64,000 nucleotides of DNA from NCBI RefSeq assembly GCF_000315625.1, contig NW_005434655.1:252093-316092 (forward strand), read 5' to 3'. Position numbers and translations under genes: made by a program. Shown here piece by piece: positions 1 through 12,744 of this stretch; within the stretch, counting starts at the first letter, position 1, and every line of letters starts with the position of its first letter. The notes under the pieces are model-generated. The model had not been told where the DNA came from and searched no databases. It was given only the letters and a program-made list of their open reading frames with translations. The stretch is from Guillardia theta CCMP2712. Its lineage: Eukaryota; Protista; Cryptophyta.

Positions 1-424
1 GATTTCGTCCTCCGTCTTCCAGTCTACAAGTTTTCCCAAGGTTTCAGAGTCCTCGTCTTCATCGAGATCGCCCCTTCGAGTTGCCACAGGACGTGATTGA
101 TCATCACCAGCATTAGAGCATGCTTTCGTTCTCCTTGAACTTGATTCAGGCCGTTTATGATTGTTTGCATGCTTAATGTCGTCAAAAGTCCGCGCGATGC
201 CTAGCCTCACATGCTTGCTGGGCGAGCTGGCTTCCTTCAAGGCCGATATCGCCACAGCATTCTCAGCAGATGAGCCACCGAGAAGAGTATTTGAAAAATT
301 CATGCTGGTTGAAAGCAGGGACTGAAACAGCATACTGACCTCACCTTGCGCAAGCTGAGCTCCGTCAATCGCACAAGTGCCGTTGACGGTCAGCACTTTT
401 TCAAAGGAAAATGTCGTTCAGGCC
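1..424 (-). CDS. Partial spliced gene of unknown function, running off the left edge
   Basis: Minus frame is open from at least 303 to 1 (MNFSNTLLGG...DLDEDEDSETLGKLVDWKTEDEI). It is preceded by a short GTGAGG...CCAG intron (~304-345) and another exon. No recognisable domain; start not determined. Confidence 0.45.
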
Positions 425-917
425 TGTTTGAATGAGAAATATCAGTATAATACGAATCAAAAGTATCCAATATTCATCACAACAAAGTTACTTCAAGAGA
501 TAAGATAACTGGTATGATGATGATTCGCGGATCACGAGGAAACGATCAAAAATGCACATTGGAGCTGTAACAATAAAAAAAAAATCCTACCACTCGGGAG
601 ACAGACACAACCTCAACCAAGAGAAGAACTTCACTTTCAATTGATCAGCAAGAATCATCAGAAGTAGATCTCTATTTCTGCACATTGACTCTTCTCCTTC
701 ACATCTCTTCTCTCCCACGCGTCTGAGCAGCATCTCAATTTCTCACCGCCATGGCGTCGCTTGGTATTTTGAGGAAAACCCACCCCCACCCCCCATATCC
801 AACCACTACCCCCATGGAGGAAGTCTGCATTGACCCCCTCTGTTTACACCGACCACCCACCCTATTTCACCGCCATGTTCATTGTTGCATGTTCTGCCTT
901 GTATGAAATTCAAAGTC

Positions 918-1320
918 TCTTTACTCAAAGTTAAGTTAAAAATCAGTACGAGACTATTCCGATCAGTGCCGGCCCCTGCAACCGGCGCACTGGCAGAGGA
1001 ACCGTTTGTTCCGAGCCGGGGTGGCCGGGCCGGCCCAGCGGCGGCCGGGCGGTCACCGGGTCGCCGGGTGACTCAGACGGTCACGGTCCGAACTATCACT
1101 GATCGTCGCGATGATCCGAGACTGCCCGCCAGCTGCTGCGGCAGACTCTGCGATTCAGTACTACTGAGTACCGGGGCCCGGCCTAGTACCGGCGTGGGCC
1201 GTCAGCACGGTCGCCGGGGCCCGGGCCGGCCCGGAGAGGCCCAGCGGCCCGGCCGGCCCGGCGCCGGGCTGTCGGTCCGATCACTGAGGAGTCCGAGTGT
1301 CAGAGTCACGGTCACGGTAT
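918..1320. promoter_or_regulatory. GC-rich, palindrome-rich intergenic core between divergent genes, with TTTACTCAAAG motif at its left edge
   Basis: Dense CCGG/GGCC/CCCGGG, ACGGTCACGGT, TGACTCAG and AGTAC words. The same vocabulary recurs at ~12.8k, 13.3k, 21.3k, 33.6k, 39.3k, 47.6k and 53.8k. Promoter role is inferred from position. Confidence 0.5.
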
Positions 1321-2107
1321 GACTTCATGCTTTGGAATGTAGGGGTGGAATGAAATACCACCCCTACATTTGAAGGGAAATATTTGCTGATCCTCATAGA
1401 AATGGAGGGGTACCCACTTCTCGTGTAGGGGGTCCGGGTGTATGTTGAAAGTTTAGTCAACTGCCACGAGCGCTCCTCTGTGGACGATGGCGGGAGGAGG
1501 GTTGGGACGCAAGGAGCGATGGAGCAGAGGGGGGGTGGGGAGAGATGCTAGATCAGGAAGGTGCCATGATCAAGATTGAGATCAAGGGCGGTCCTGTGGG
1601 ATGGTAGATCAGGACAAGTGTCGGGATCAAGATTGGGATCGGACACAGGAGGAAGGGCAGGAGCGGATTGGAAAGGAAATGTGAAGGTGTCAAGGGAAAA
1701 TCAATAGGAGCATTGGTATCACGTGCATGGTTGTAATCAAATCGTATGATAGTCTTGAAATGGCATCAGGTGTGTAGGAAGGAAGGGGAGATGGGTGGCT
1801 TTGGGAAACGGGCAGGGATAGGAGTTTAGTACTAGGAAAGTTTTAGCAATAAGAAGGATCAACGAATAGACGGCATTTCAAGTCAAAGACTGTAAGGGAA
1901 GGGAGCAATTTCTTCACAACAAAAATGAAAATTCAGGCTCAGTGTAGACTTGGAAAGTTGTCTGATTACCATGGTACCACGACTTCGATGCCTGACGGTG
2001 ACTTTGCAGGGTGGGTCGCTCGCCAGTCAGTAGCACTGTCATCTGAGGAGCGTTTGTTCGCTCACTCTTGTGTGATAATCGATCTTAGGACTTGAGCGCA
2101 GCAGAAG

Positions 2108-5100
2108 ATGTTCCTCTACGCCCTTACTCTCCAACGGTCTGGTGCGATTACATGCACTGCCTACGGAAACTTCTCGGCTCCGAAGCAGCATGAAATCGTG
2201 ATTTCTCACGGGAAGACATTGGAACTGATCAGGCCCGATCAGAATGGAAAGATTCAATCTATCTGTCAGATGGAATGCTTCGGCTTGATTCGCTCAATGG
2301 CTTCCTTCAGATTGCCGGGTTCAAACAAGGATTACCTTGTTTTAGGTGCGGATTCTGGTAGAATTTCTGTTTTAGAGTTCAGCAAAGAAAGGAATCAATT
2401 TGAGAGGGTTCACTTGGAGACTTACGGCAAGAGTGGGTGTCGTCGCATTGTTCCAGGACAATTCTTGGCGTCAGATCCGAAGGGACGTGCAGTTATGATT
2501 AGCGCCATTGAAAAACAGAAACTTGTGTATGTTTTCAACAGAGATGCTTCTTCAAAGCTAACCATCTCTTCACCGCTCGAAGCCCATAAAGCCTCTACAA
2601 TTCACTTCTCTATCGTTGGTGTTGACGTCGGCTTTGACAACCCCATTTTCGCTGCGCTCGAGATGGATTACTCAGATGCAGATGCAGATGAGACGGGCCA
2701 GTCAGCAGAAGAATTCAACAAAGTTTTGACATTTTATGAGCTCGACTTGGGTTTGAACCATGTTGTTCGCAAAGCGAGCGAACCGATCGATGCGGCCTCG
2801 AACATGTTGATTCCTGTTCCAGGAGATACGGATGGACCCAGTGGAGTGCTTGTTTGTGCTGAGAATAAGATTGCTTACAAAAAGCCCGATCATGAAGATG
2901 TTGTTGCCCTGATTCCTCGACGCCAGGGTATGCCGTTGGATCAACCACTTCTCATCACAGGATATTCTCACTTGAAACAGAAGGATGGATTTTTCTTTCT
3001 CTTGCAGAGCGAAATTGGCGATCTCTATCGTCTGACGTTGACTTACAATGATGAGGAAGTATCGGAAATCAATATCACATACTTCGACACGGTGCCTGTT
3101 GCCCAATCGATCACTATCCTCAAGACAGGATTCTTGTTTGTTGCTTCTGAATTCGGAAATCACGCCCTATATCAATTCCTGTCCATCAAAGGAAGCGATG
3201 AATCGGACATGATGCCTGTCGAAGTCGAAATTGAAGGAGAGACGATTGAAATTCCCCACTTTGCGCCTAGACCCTTGAAGAACCTGCTGCTTGTGGACGA
3301 GATGGAGTCATTGTCCCCGGTGATTTGACCTGTTTTGAACTGTTTATTGGTATCTAATTCTTTTCTTCCCTGTAGATTTTGGACATGAGGGTTTTGGATC
3401 TTGCTGGAGAAGAGACACCGCAAATCTATGCGCTCTGTGGAAAAGGCCCAAGATCGACTCTTCGTACCCTACGTCATGGTCTTGCAGTGGCTGAAATGGC
3501 TGTGTCTGAGTTGCCTTCTAATCCGCTTGCTGTGTGGACTGTCAAGGGCAGCAGCAAGGATGCGGCAGATAAGTATATTGTAGTCACGTTTGCAAACGCA
3601 ACCATCGTTCTCTCGATCGGAGATACTGTTGAAGAGGTAACCGATAGTGGGTTCTTGGCAACCAACAAGACTTTATCAGTGTCGCTTCTTGGCGATGACT
3701 CGCTACTTCAAGTTCATCCCAACGGACTTCGAACTGTGCGCTCGGACAAGCGTATCAGCCAGTTCACCCCGCCGAACAAAGGCGTCATCAACTTGGTTGC
3801 TGTGAACCAACAACAAGTTGTTGTCGCTCTTGCCGATCACACGATGATTTATTTTGAACTGGATGCCGTCGGCCAATTGCAGGAGAAGGCAAAGCCTGAG
3901 ATCGGAGGAGGACAAATAGCCGCACTGGACATCTCTCCTCTAGGGGCCGGACGCAGCAGAGGAAGGTTTCTTGCGGTTGGAGCTTCTGTGGATGGAAGCT
4001 GGTTCGTAAGAATCCTCTCGCTGGATCCTGGAAGTTTCATGCACATAGTTTCTCGTCAAGCCTTGCCTGCCAAACCCGAGTCACTCTGTTTGATTGAAAT
4101 TTCTATTGGAGCTGCTCAATCTGATGGTGGCACACCTACTCTTTTCCTCTTCGCTGGATTGGAAAATGGTGTTTTGATGAGGATTACAGTTGATCCAATC
4201 ACTGGTCAGCTGGCACCCGAGTTTCGAACTCGTTTCCTGGGTACAAAGCCTGTCAAACTTTTCAAAGTTTTGGTACAAGAGCAGCCTGCCGTCCTCGCTT
4301 TGTCTTCTCGGTCTTGGTTGGCGTACAACTTCCAAGGTCGGTATCAGATCACGCCCCTGTCATATGAGACCCTGGAGTATGCTTCTGGTTTTGCCTCGGA
4401 TCAGTGTCCTGAGGGTTTTGTTTGCGTTGCTGCCAACACCTTGAGAATCTTGACGGTTGAAAGGCTTGGAGAGGTGTTCAATCAGCATTCGATGAAACTT
4501 TCGTTCACACCTAGAAAAAGCGCACTGCTGAAGGACAGCGGATGCTTTGTTGTCCTGGAGACTGATCATAATTCTGATATGGAGAAGGCCAAAGAAGCGC
4601 GTTGTGATGTTGCTGAGGACGAAGAAGAAGAGAATGAGAACAAGCTCCCTCACTCCATTTACGGAGAGCAGGTATGAAACTTTTTTTTTTTTTTGTTCCT
4701 TCCGGAGTCCAGCCATGGTGCTCTGTGCTGACTTGTACCCGCAGCGTGCTGGAGAAGCAAAGTGGGCTTCACGTGTACGTGTGATTGATCCCAATGAGAG
4801 GGAAACAAAGCAAATCATCGAACTCGATCCCAACGAAGCTGCGCTGAGCGTGTGTGTAGCAACCTTCTATGACAGGAAAGGACATACTTTCTTGTGCTTC
4901 GGAACTGCTGTTGGACACAAAGTTGGCAGCCGAACTGGTTCAGGATTCCTGCACACGTATTCAGTTGTTGGCTCACAGCTTACCTTTGTTCATAAGACTC
5001 CCATCGATGGCGTTCCGAGAGCTTTGTGCAGCTTTCAGGTGAGAGCGGCTATGCTGATGGTTGTTGTGTAACCTGCTTGCAGGGTCGCTTGCTTGTCGGG

Positions 5101-6021
5101 GTCGGTTCAGCTCTGCGACTCTATGAAATGGGAAAGCGAAAGTTGTTGCGAAAATGTGAAAACAGAAACATCCCCAACCTTGTGGTGACGATCAGCACCA
5201 TGGGAGACAGGATCTATGTCGGAGACGTCGCAGAGTCCATCTCCTTCCTGAAGTACAATAGGATACTCAATGAGCTTGTCATATTCGCCGATGACACCCA
5301 CCCGCGATGGATGACGGCAGCTTGCCCAGTCGACTATGATACTGTTGCTGGAGCAGACAAGTTCGGCAACATCTTCCTGACCAGGCTTCCCGACAACGTG
5401 TCCGACGAGATCTCTGAAGAGCCTGGGGCAGTTGGGATGTTCGAGGGGAATGACCTGCAGGGGGCGCACTACAAGGCGGAGGAGATCGTGCAGTATCACG
5501 TGGGAGAAACAGTATGTAGCTTACAGAAGGCTACCCTGTCTCCTGGTGGCTCCGATGCTATCATCTATGGGACGATGTACGGAGGTATCGGGGCTCTCCA
5601 GCCGTTCGTGAGCCGCGAGGACGTGGATTTCTTCCTCCACCTTGAGATGCACCTTCGAGGAGCCGCCGGAGCAAGGGAACACAAGCCAGCAGGAGAAGGG
5701 TGAGTGGGCCGACCCGCATGCTCTTGTCCGCCGTTCGGTCCTCGTGATCCCTGGTCGCAGGTATGATCACCCGAGCATCTGTGGAAGGGACCAGCTCTCC
5801 TTCCGCTCCTACTACTTCCCCGTCAAGGACGTGGTGGACGGCGACCTCTGCGAGACTTTCAATTACTTGAGCCCGTCGCGACAGAAGCAGGTACCCTCTA
5901 CCGCTCTTGATGGTACGGATGTTGACTTGTGCTGACTTGTGTGCAGATCGCGGAGGATCTCGACAGAACGCCGGGAGAAGTGGCCAAGAAGCTCGAGGAT
6001 ATGCGGAACAGGCTGCTCTAG
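2108..6021 (+). CDS. SF3B3: Splicing factor 3B subunit 3 (SAP130/Rse1), 6 exons
   Basis: Conserved motifs: MFLYALTLQ, ETYGKSGCRRIVPGQFLA, LTISSPLEAHK, ADKFGN, CGRDQLSFRSYYFPVKDVVDGDLCE, DLDRTPGEVAKKLED. Exons 2108-3319, 3376-4671, 4745-5038, 5083-5699, 5761-5890, 5947-6021 are joined by GT-AG introns that keep the frame. Confidence 0.97.
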
Positions 6022-6770
6022 AGCATATCAGGACTGTTGGGAGATGATGATAACCTGTCAAGAGTCTTGGATGAAGATGCTGGGGTTGCCGAGCAAGTGG
6101 GAGGAGCCGGTGGAGGTGGGAAGCTCTCAAGTCCCGCCCGTGCGATCTTGAAAGAGAAGTCCCTCCTGCTTCACGTTGCTAGGACGTTGATGATTGGGAC
6201 GGGAGTTGCTGTGTAAGCGACATGATGCAAGCTAGGTTTATGGAGACAACAAGCATGAAATTTTAAGAAGAAGAAATGCGACGACATTCTGAAATGTCCT
6301 GCTCGCTCGTGCTCAAGAGCCTCTTTTTCAGCTTGTCCGACGTCCTCTACTTCACCGTTCTTGCCTTTCATCCCCCTCTCGTTCTCATTGAGCGCTGTCA
6401 AACTTTGCAATGTCGCTCTACCCCGTTCTGCCCCTCTCCCTTCCCCTCACACAAATTACACATCTCCCATCTTCATTGCGCCTCCAAATAACCTGCTCTC
6501 CTCGTCATGACCTAGTCCTTGTTTCTTGTCAATCATCGCTGCAGCTTCTGCCTCCTGCTTTCCCTTGGCTCGAATATCCTCATTCCTTCCCTTTTCCTCA
6601 TTCCCTCCTCCCTCCTCGAAACTCTGCGTGCACATCACTTTACATGTTGTAATCTTCTTTCTCTCTTTCTTGAAATGTTTGTTTCTCGAATAGAGGATCC
6701 TTCACAGAATTTGCGCTCTCCCATGCTCCCTTGCACGTCTCCATGGAGAATATCGCCTTCTCTGCATCTC

Positions 6771-6844
6771 CTGTACCATCCTTCTGTGCTGTACCATCCT
6801 TCTGTGCTGTACCATCCTTCTGTGCTGTACCATCCTTCTGTGCT
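6771..6844. repeat. 18-bp tandem repeat x4 (CTGTACCATCCTTCTGTG)
   Basis: Four perfect consecutive copies read directly from the sequence. Confidence 0.95.
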
Positions 6845-7889
6845 CGTCAGCTACCGTTTCTCATCTGCCTGCTCCACTGCCCCACTCTTTCCGTTTCGTC
6901 CATCCCCTCCCTCCTCCTCCCCTCCCCTCCCTCCTCCTCCTCCCCTCCTCTCAAGCCGTCATGAGCGATGGTTGTGCAATGCAGACTTCATCATTCTTCA
7001 GGGGTGGGGTGAACAAAAGTATAGGTGGGGGTATCAAAATCACCCCTAATTTGACATCAAATAAACGATAAATAAAGGGGTGATATAATCAAAGAGGGGG
7101 TGTAGGTCATCTAAAGTGGGGTACCCGCGCTGGGGGCACAAGGCGGATTGTTATGGCAGGACGAAGGGCGGGAAAGATGGCGGCGGCGATGATGTAAGAG
7201 GAGGAGGAGGAGGAGGAGGAGGAGGAGGAGGACATGGATGTATGTACTTGAGATGGAGGTCCAGAGTGGGGAGGAAGCGAGAAGAACCTGCGGAGGAAGG
7301 AGTGAGAACCCGAGGGGAAGTATGAGGATGGGAAGGGGTAGAGTTGTGTCAGGCACACATTGCGGGACGGGATTGCGAGACGAATGGCTGTGTAGAAGGA
7401 TGAGGATTGAGCAGAGAGACTTGGGTGAATGCGTTGATGCTCATGAAAGGAGGAGGAGGGGCGGGGCCGTGCAGGGATGGGAGGGTCCCAACGTTGCCGT
7501 GCATGACTGCAATGGTTCAGATTTCTGTCGCAGTTTTACTTGATGAGCTCCTCCTCATCGTTCCAGGGATTTCCGTGCTTTCTCAAGGAGACGAGGCAGG
7601 CCAGCCATCACCTGTATGTTTTCTGTCTAGAGCGCGGCCATCGAGAGGATGAACTCGAGCCCCCGGGAGACCGTGAGCGGCAGCATGCCAGCCGATTCAC
7701 GCCATCGCATTGGCTCCACTTGAACTCCCTCGGGCACCTGCGAGGAGGAGGAGATGCAGGTAGATCATACCAGGTGAGCGGATCCTTTCCCTGTCCGTCC
7801 CGGACTGACATGGAGGGCAGAGGGATACGCTACATCACGCATCTTCTAGACAATACTCGTCGACGGGTGCACAGAAGGACCCGGTGTCT

Positions 7890-10147
7890 ATGAAGATGGA
7901 CGCTCCAGGGATGCCACAGCATGTGATGGTTGATCAACAACAAGCAAACATGCAAGGCATGCGGTGGAACCCAACGACTGTATACGGTGAGAACCCTTGC
8001 CCTTTGCTATGTTGTTCTCCCTCCTCCCTCCTCCCTCCTCCCTCCTCCTCCTCCCTCCTCCCTCCTCCCTCCTCCCTCCTCCCTCCTCCCTCCACCTCCT
8101 CTAAGTTTCGCAATTCATTCCGATGGATCTAGTTCCTCCTGGCACGCGGCAGAGCATGAATCCGCTCCCTATGCAGGTTTTTCCCTCTCACCGGTACGAT
8201 GTTTCAATTCTGACGTGTCTGGAGACTCGACAGTACCAGTATGGCATGACGCCCCAAAACTACGCGGACCCCTCCCGACAGCCGATGCAGGTCCGTCTAG
8301 AGGTGCTAGCGAGTCTCGCAAGCTGATCTTTGGCTTTGAAGAACCCGATGCAAGGACGAGGGATGTATCCCATGGCCTCCAGCTATCCTCCTGCATCTCA
8401 CCACCATCCTCCTGCTCCGTACTACGGCAACGTGGCGCCTACTCCTTTGCAACCTGTCCAACGTGCTCCCTCCCAGTCCACTGTGCGCAAGACTCCATGG
8501 ACATGAATTCTGTCTGATGTGCTCCTTGACAGAGCCCTCCTCCCATCAAGATTGGAAGCGTGATCTCCTTGGTTTCGAAGAGGCAAGGAGGGAGGAGGAG
8601 AGGCTGGTAGAAGCTGACAGTTCCGTACAGTGAGCTGAGATACGAAGGCATCCTCGAAGTCGTGAACCCGACTCAATCTACCGTACAACTCGGGAACGTG
8701 CGATGCCTGGGAGGTCTGGCAGGATCGAACCTCCTCGCTGGTCTACTGACTCTTGATCAGACGAAGGGCGACGAGGACCGGACTCATTCGTTGCTCCTTC
8801 CGAGCAAATCTACGAGAGAATCGTCTTCCGTTCGCAGGTCAAGCATGATGCCTTGGCGTCTCGCCACCTCATGCCATGGCAGGACATCAAAGACATTCAT
8901 GTGCTCAACCCGAGTCTGCACGGTAAGATGTCGCTCCAATCCTTCCCTTCGTCGCATGCTCCTCCGTTCTCAACCCCGCCCCTCGGATGGGTCATAGACT
9001 CAACGCCGTCGACAGGTCCAGCAAGAGATCCAGCAATCGTCAGTTATCAGGTTGGCACTCCCAATCCGCCCGCCGTGAGCACTTCGGTCAGTCCACTTTT
9101 GCTGCTCGCATCGACCTCTCACCAGCTGCTCCTAGACTGCTCCTGTCGAGAAACGTCCATCCCAGAGTTCTCCCCTGTCTTCACAGGCAGCCAACGTCTC
9201 TGCTCCTGCTGTTCAGAAGGTGCGTCCAGTCATGCATGACGCTCTCCAACTGATCCATGAGCAGCTCCCGCCATGGTCGAATCCAGGAGACGGTCTGCGA
9301 TTGTTCAAACCGGGCCAGGACACTTCAAAGTTTGTGGGCAATGACAGGAGGCAGAGTGCTTACGCAGACTATGTACGTGCCCTCCACCTCCTTGCAAGCG
9401 ATGAGGTCCGCTGACGCCGGTTGACCATGTCAGAACATGAACGGGAACGCTCCTTCGAGGACGGGGACGTTCCAAGTGCCCAGGGGTGATGGAACATATC
9501 CGAGACGAGGCGTTGGTCACTTCCGGAAATCCGATCGCGAGGTGCTGCCGGGCCCGGCCTTTGACTGCACCCAGTCCTCACTAGGAGCCTCAGGACCTGC
9601 ACCTGGACATCGCGGCGCTTTCAAACCACAACACGACAATCAGTGTTCCCACCGACTCGTACAACGCCACGTGAGTCCCTCCCCTGCCCTCCCCTGCCCT
9701 CCCCTTTCCCCATCCACCGATCCCGCTTTCTTCCTGCCTTGACTCGATGCGACACCAGCGAATCGTTCTGGGACACAATCTCACGAGACGACCAAGTTTC
9801 GAGAAAGGGGGGAGGAAGGTTCTACCGACACGATAAGGTGAAATCAAACTCATGCACTCCTCCACTCTCTCTCTCTCTCTCTCCTGGTTTTCTATTTCCA
9901 ATGGCTCCCCATCGTCCTCAGACCTTGCTTTCCCTTCTTCCCTTCCCTGAGGTCTTGAGCAGGAGCTGGAGACCTTCGGCATGATGTGGAGGACTTCATA
10001 CAGGGGTCGACGGGTCTGTCGCTCTGCATCACTGAGGGTTTTACTAACGTTGTTCATGCTCAGGGAGGTCGTGCTCGATACAGGAGAGCCATGGGAACAG
10101 GCATGAGAGCACCTGAGCCTACGAATGTACATGTTCAACACCAGTAA
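7890..10147 (+). CDS. Divergent LSM14/Scd6/DCP5-family mRNA-granule protein (multi-exon)
   Basis: Spliced LSM14 domain IGSVISLVSKSELRYEGILEVVNPTQSTVQLGNVRCLGDEGRR...IYERIVFRSQDIKDIHV (~8551-8905). Also an FFD-box-like ESFWDTIS (~9760), a TFG box ELETFG (~9965) and an Arg/Gly tail RGRRGGRARYRR; stop TAA 10145-10147. The start codon is uncertain. Confidence 0.85.
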
Positions 10148-10646
10148 ACTGAAACCCTAGTTCACTGAAGTGCTGTTCATTGCGGCAATTGCCCGGCAAC
10201 GTTTTAATTTACTCGGATCAGGGTTGTTCCTCTCTGTCTTTTCTCTTATCGCCGTACAGTGGCTGTGCGACAGTGTGAGGGTCAAGCGTCTCCTGATTGT
10301 CCTCCGATCACTCCGATCATCCCGACTCCCGTTAATGACACTGGGAGCTGTTTCGTCCGTTGTAAAACGTTACATTCTGATTTCAAGCCTTGCAGTTTGA
10401 TGGCAGTTAGAATCAGCGTTGAGTGTGTAATGGTGGTGGCGGAGGCGACGACGTGAGGCGAGGAGGCGAGGAGGAGGAGAAGAGAAGAGGAGGAGGAGAG
10501 GAGGAGAGGAGGAGGGGAGGAGAAGAGGTTGAGGAGAGGAGGAGAGGAGGAGGAGGAGGAGGAGGAGGAGGAGGAGGAGGAGGAGGAGAGGAGCGGAGGA
10601 GGAGAGGAGCGGAGGAGGAGGGGGGGAGGAGGAGGGGAGGAGTAGA

Positions 10647-12681
10647 GTGAAGTCAGAGATGCAGGCGCAGGGCGACGGGGTCCTGACAGAGGGCCAGCTT
10701 ATGAGTGGCATGGTGTACAAGCAGGCACGAACAGCAGGAGGGCTGAAGTGGAAGAAGAGGATTGCAAGGCTTGACCTCAAGTCCGGCATCTTCACCCTCA
10801 CTCCCTTGATGGAAGTCGGAGAGCACCACGATGCTCCCGCAGAGGCGAGCAGCAAGAAGAAGGTGACGGAGATTATCGACTCGTTCACCGTCGTCAGCAT
10901 GAGGAATGAGAAGGATAAAGACAACGCCGATCATCCATGGAGGATAGAGCTGCGCTTCTGCCACCTGGGATCCAACTCTACTCAGACCGTGCTTCTCCTG
11001 GCGGTCAGGGACACCTCCGTGCGAGACGAGTGGCTGGCAGCTCTCAGGAACGTCATCCATGATAAGGCGCAGATACGGGAGCAATACTCCAAGTACTTTG
11101 ACCAAGAGTCTGAAAAGGAGATCGAAAACTACGTCGAGAACAAGTCCAGGATCCTGTCGACACCGCTGTCTGTAGTGCACGAGCTCTTTCAGATCTACGA
11201 TCAGGACAACAGCGGGGCGTTGGAGCTGGGGGAGGTAGAGTACCTCTTCCAGGACTTGCTCTACACTTATGGGAGGCAACTGCCGATTGAAGACATCAAG
11301 GCCCGGGCTTCAGAATGCGTCCAGATGTCGTCATCGCTCCAACCAGGAAAGGTGACGAGGAGCGAGGTGATATCGTGTTGTCTCCTGCCACTGTTGCTGT
11401 CTGAATGACATGGTTCTGCTGCCCTAGTTTGAAGACTACGTTGCAAACAACCCTTGCATCTTCGGCAACATGCTCATGTGGCGGTGCATGTTCTCCAAGT
11501 ATGCTCTAGAGATCACCGACGAGATCGAAGAGCCCGGCCTGATCCAGCTGGTCCTCGACGTCATGTCCTCAGCAGGGCGCTGCATGGACAAGGAGGCAGG
11601 TTGTGCCGATGGCTCGGCAGCAGGAGAGCTCATGGTGACGCGTGCGCAGGTCGTCGGTTCGCAAAGCAGATCCTCAAGAACTACGGAGGTGACGATGCCA
11701 CCCTGAGCTTCCCGGCCTTCCTGCAGTACGCCAGCACGCGCGAGGACCTCTTCGGCTCCTTCGCCCCGCAGAGCACGACGTTCCGACCCGAGTCGAAGCG
11801 CATCATGAACCCGGCCGGCAGCCCTGGGGGAGAGCTGGGAAAGGACAACAACATGACCCAGCTGAGCGACCAAGAGATGAAGATGGGGATGGACTCAGGC
11901 TCGACAAGGCCTTACCCGAGCTCGATATCGGTCAGGAAGTCGCAGCGGTATCCCATCATGCACGAGACCTTCAAGCGAAGTTCGCCCATGCTGAAGAAGG
12001 AGAGCTCCAATGCTCTGCTCGCCGAAGAGCCGTCGGTTCCTTCCGTCTTCATCGGGCCCACCGACCACCCCAAGAGGCAGGGGTACTCGATCAAGTGGCG
12101 GAAGCATGCGGAATCCACAGACGACAAGGGGCAAGGGGGGAAGGAGACCGAGTCAGGGCAGGAAAGGGAGGAGAACCAGCTCTTGAAAAGTCTGGGACGG
12201 TCCATGTCGCTAGGAAACATTTACTCCGTTCTCTCCGCGTCGGACGACACCTCGTCCATGCCCAGCAGCGATGGCGTCAATACTCGGCCTGATCGCCCGG
12301 GCAGGAACGACAAGGCACAGCTCCGCCGGCCTCTGGCCTCCTCCTCCTCCAAGAAAACCTCCGAGGTGAAGTCCTCCCCGCTCCTGCGCCGGCACATCAA
12401 CCACGAGCTCGGGGACCTCTACCGCTCCTACCAGCTACCAGGACGGCTCTTCCAATCCAAGTCTTCCACCTCAGTACGCCTCTCAGTCCTCTGCTCTCAG
12501 ATCTCCTTGTTGACAGCTGGCAGGAGAGGAGGGCGGTGACGGCCAGCACGAGCAGCTCGATCTTGCTGGAGGACGCAGAGTACGGCTCTCAGGCAAGTCA
12601 AACATCCTTCCTTTAAGCATGCCTTCACTGACCAGCCTCTGTGTACCCAGGGCTTCATATCGCCGATGTGGGAATGACTGA
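10647..12681 (+). CDS. PH-domain + EF-hand protein
   Basis: PH-like signature SGMVYKQ...KWKKRIARL...LLLAVRDTSVRDEWLAAL. EF-hand ELFQIYDQDNSGALELGEV and further degenerate EF-like segments (LSFPAFLQY). Ser-rich tail; the 5' exon is uncertain. Confidence 0.8.
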
Positions 12682-12744
12682 GGGGTAAACTCCGGTATTC
12701 GGAACTCAACAAGCAGAACTGTGCAGTTCCAGTGCCCACCTCTC

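Noticed and set aside
882-1322. 146-aa Arg/Gly/Pro-rich ORF (and similar ORFs at 33302-33765 and 47265-47878)
   Set aside because: By-products of GC-rich, stop-poor intergenic cores; non-ATG starts and no domain signal.
6171-7050. Possible small gene around the 18-bp repeat
   Set aside because: The minus-strand frames I checked are interrupted by stops, and I could not build a consistent spliced model or recognise a domain.
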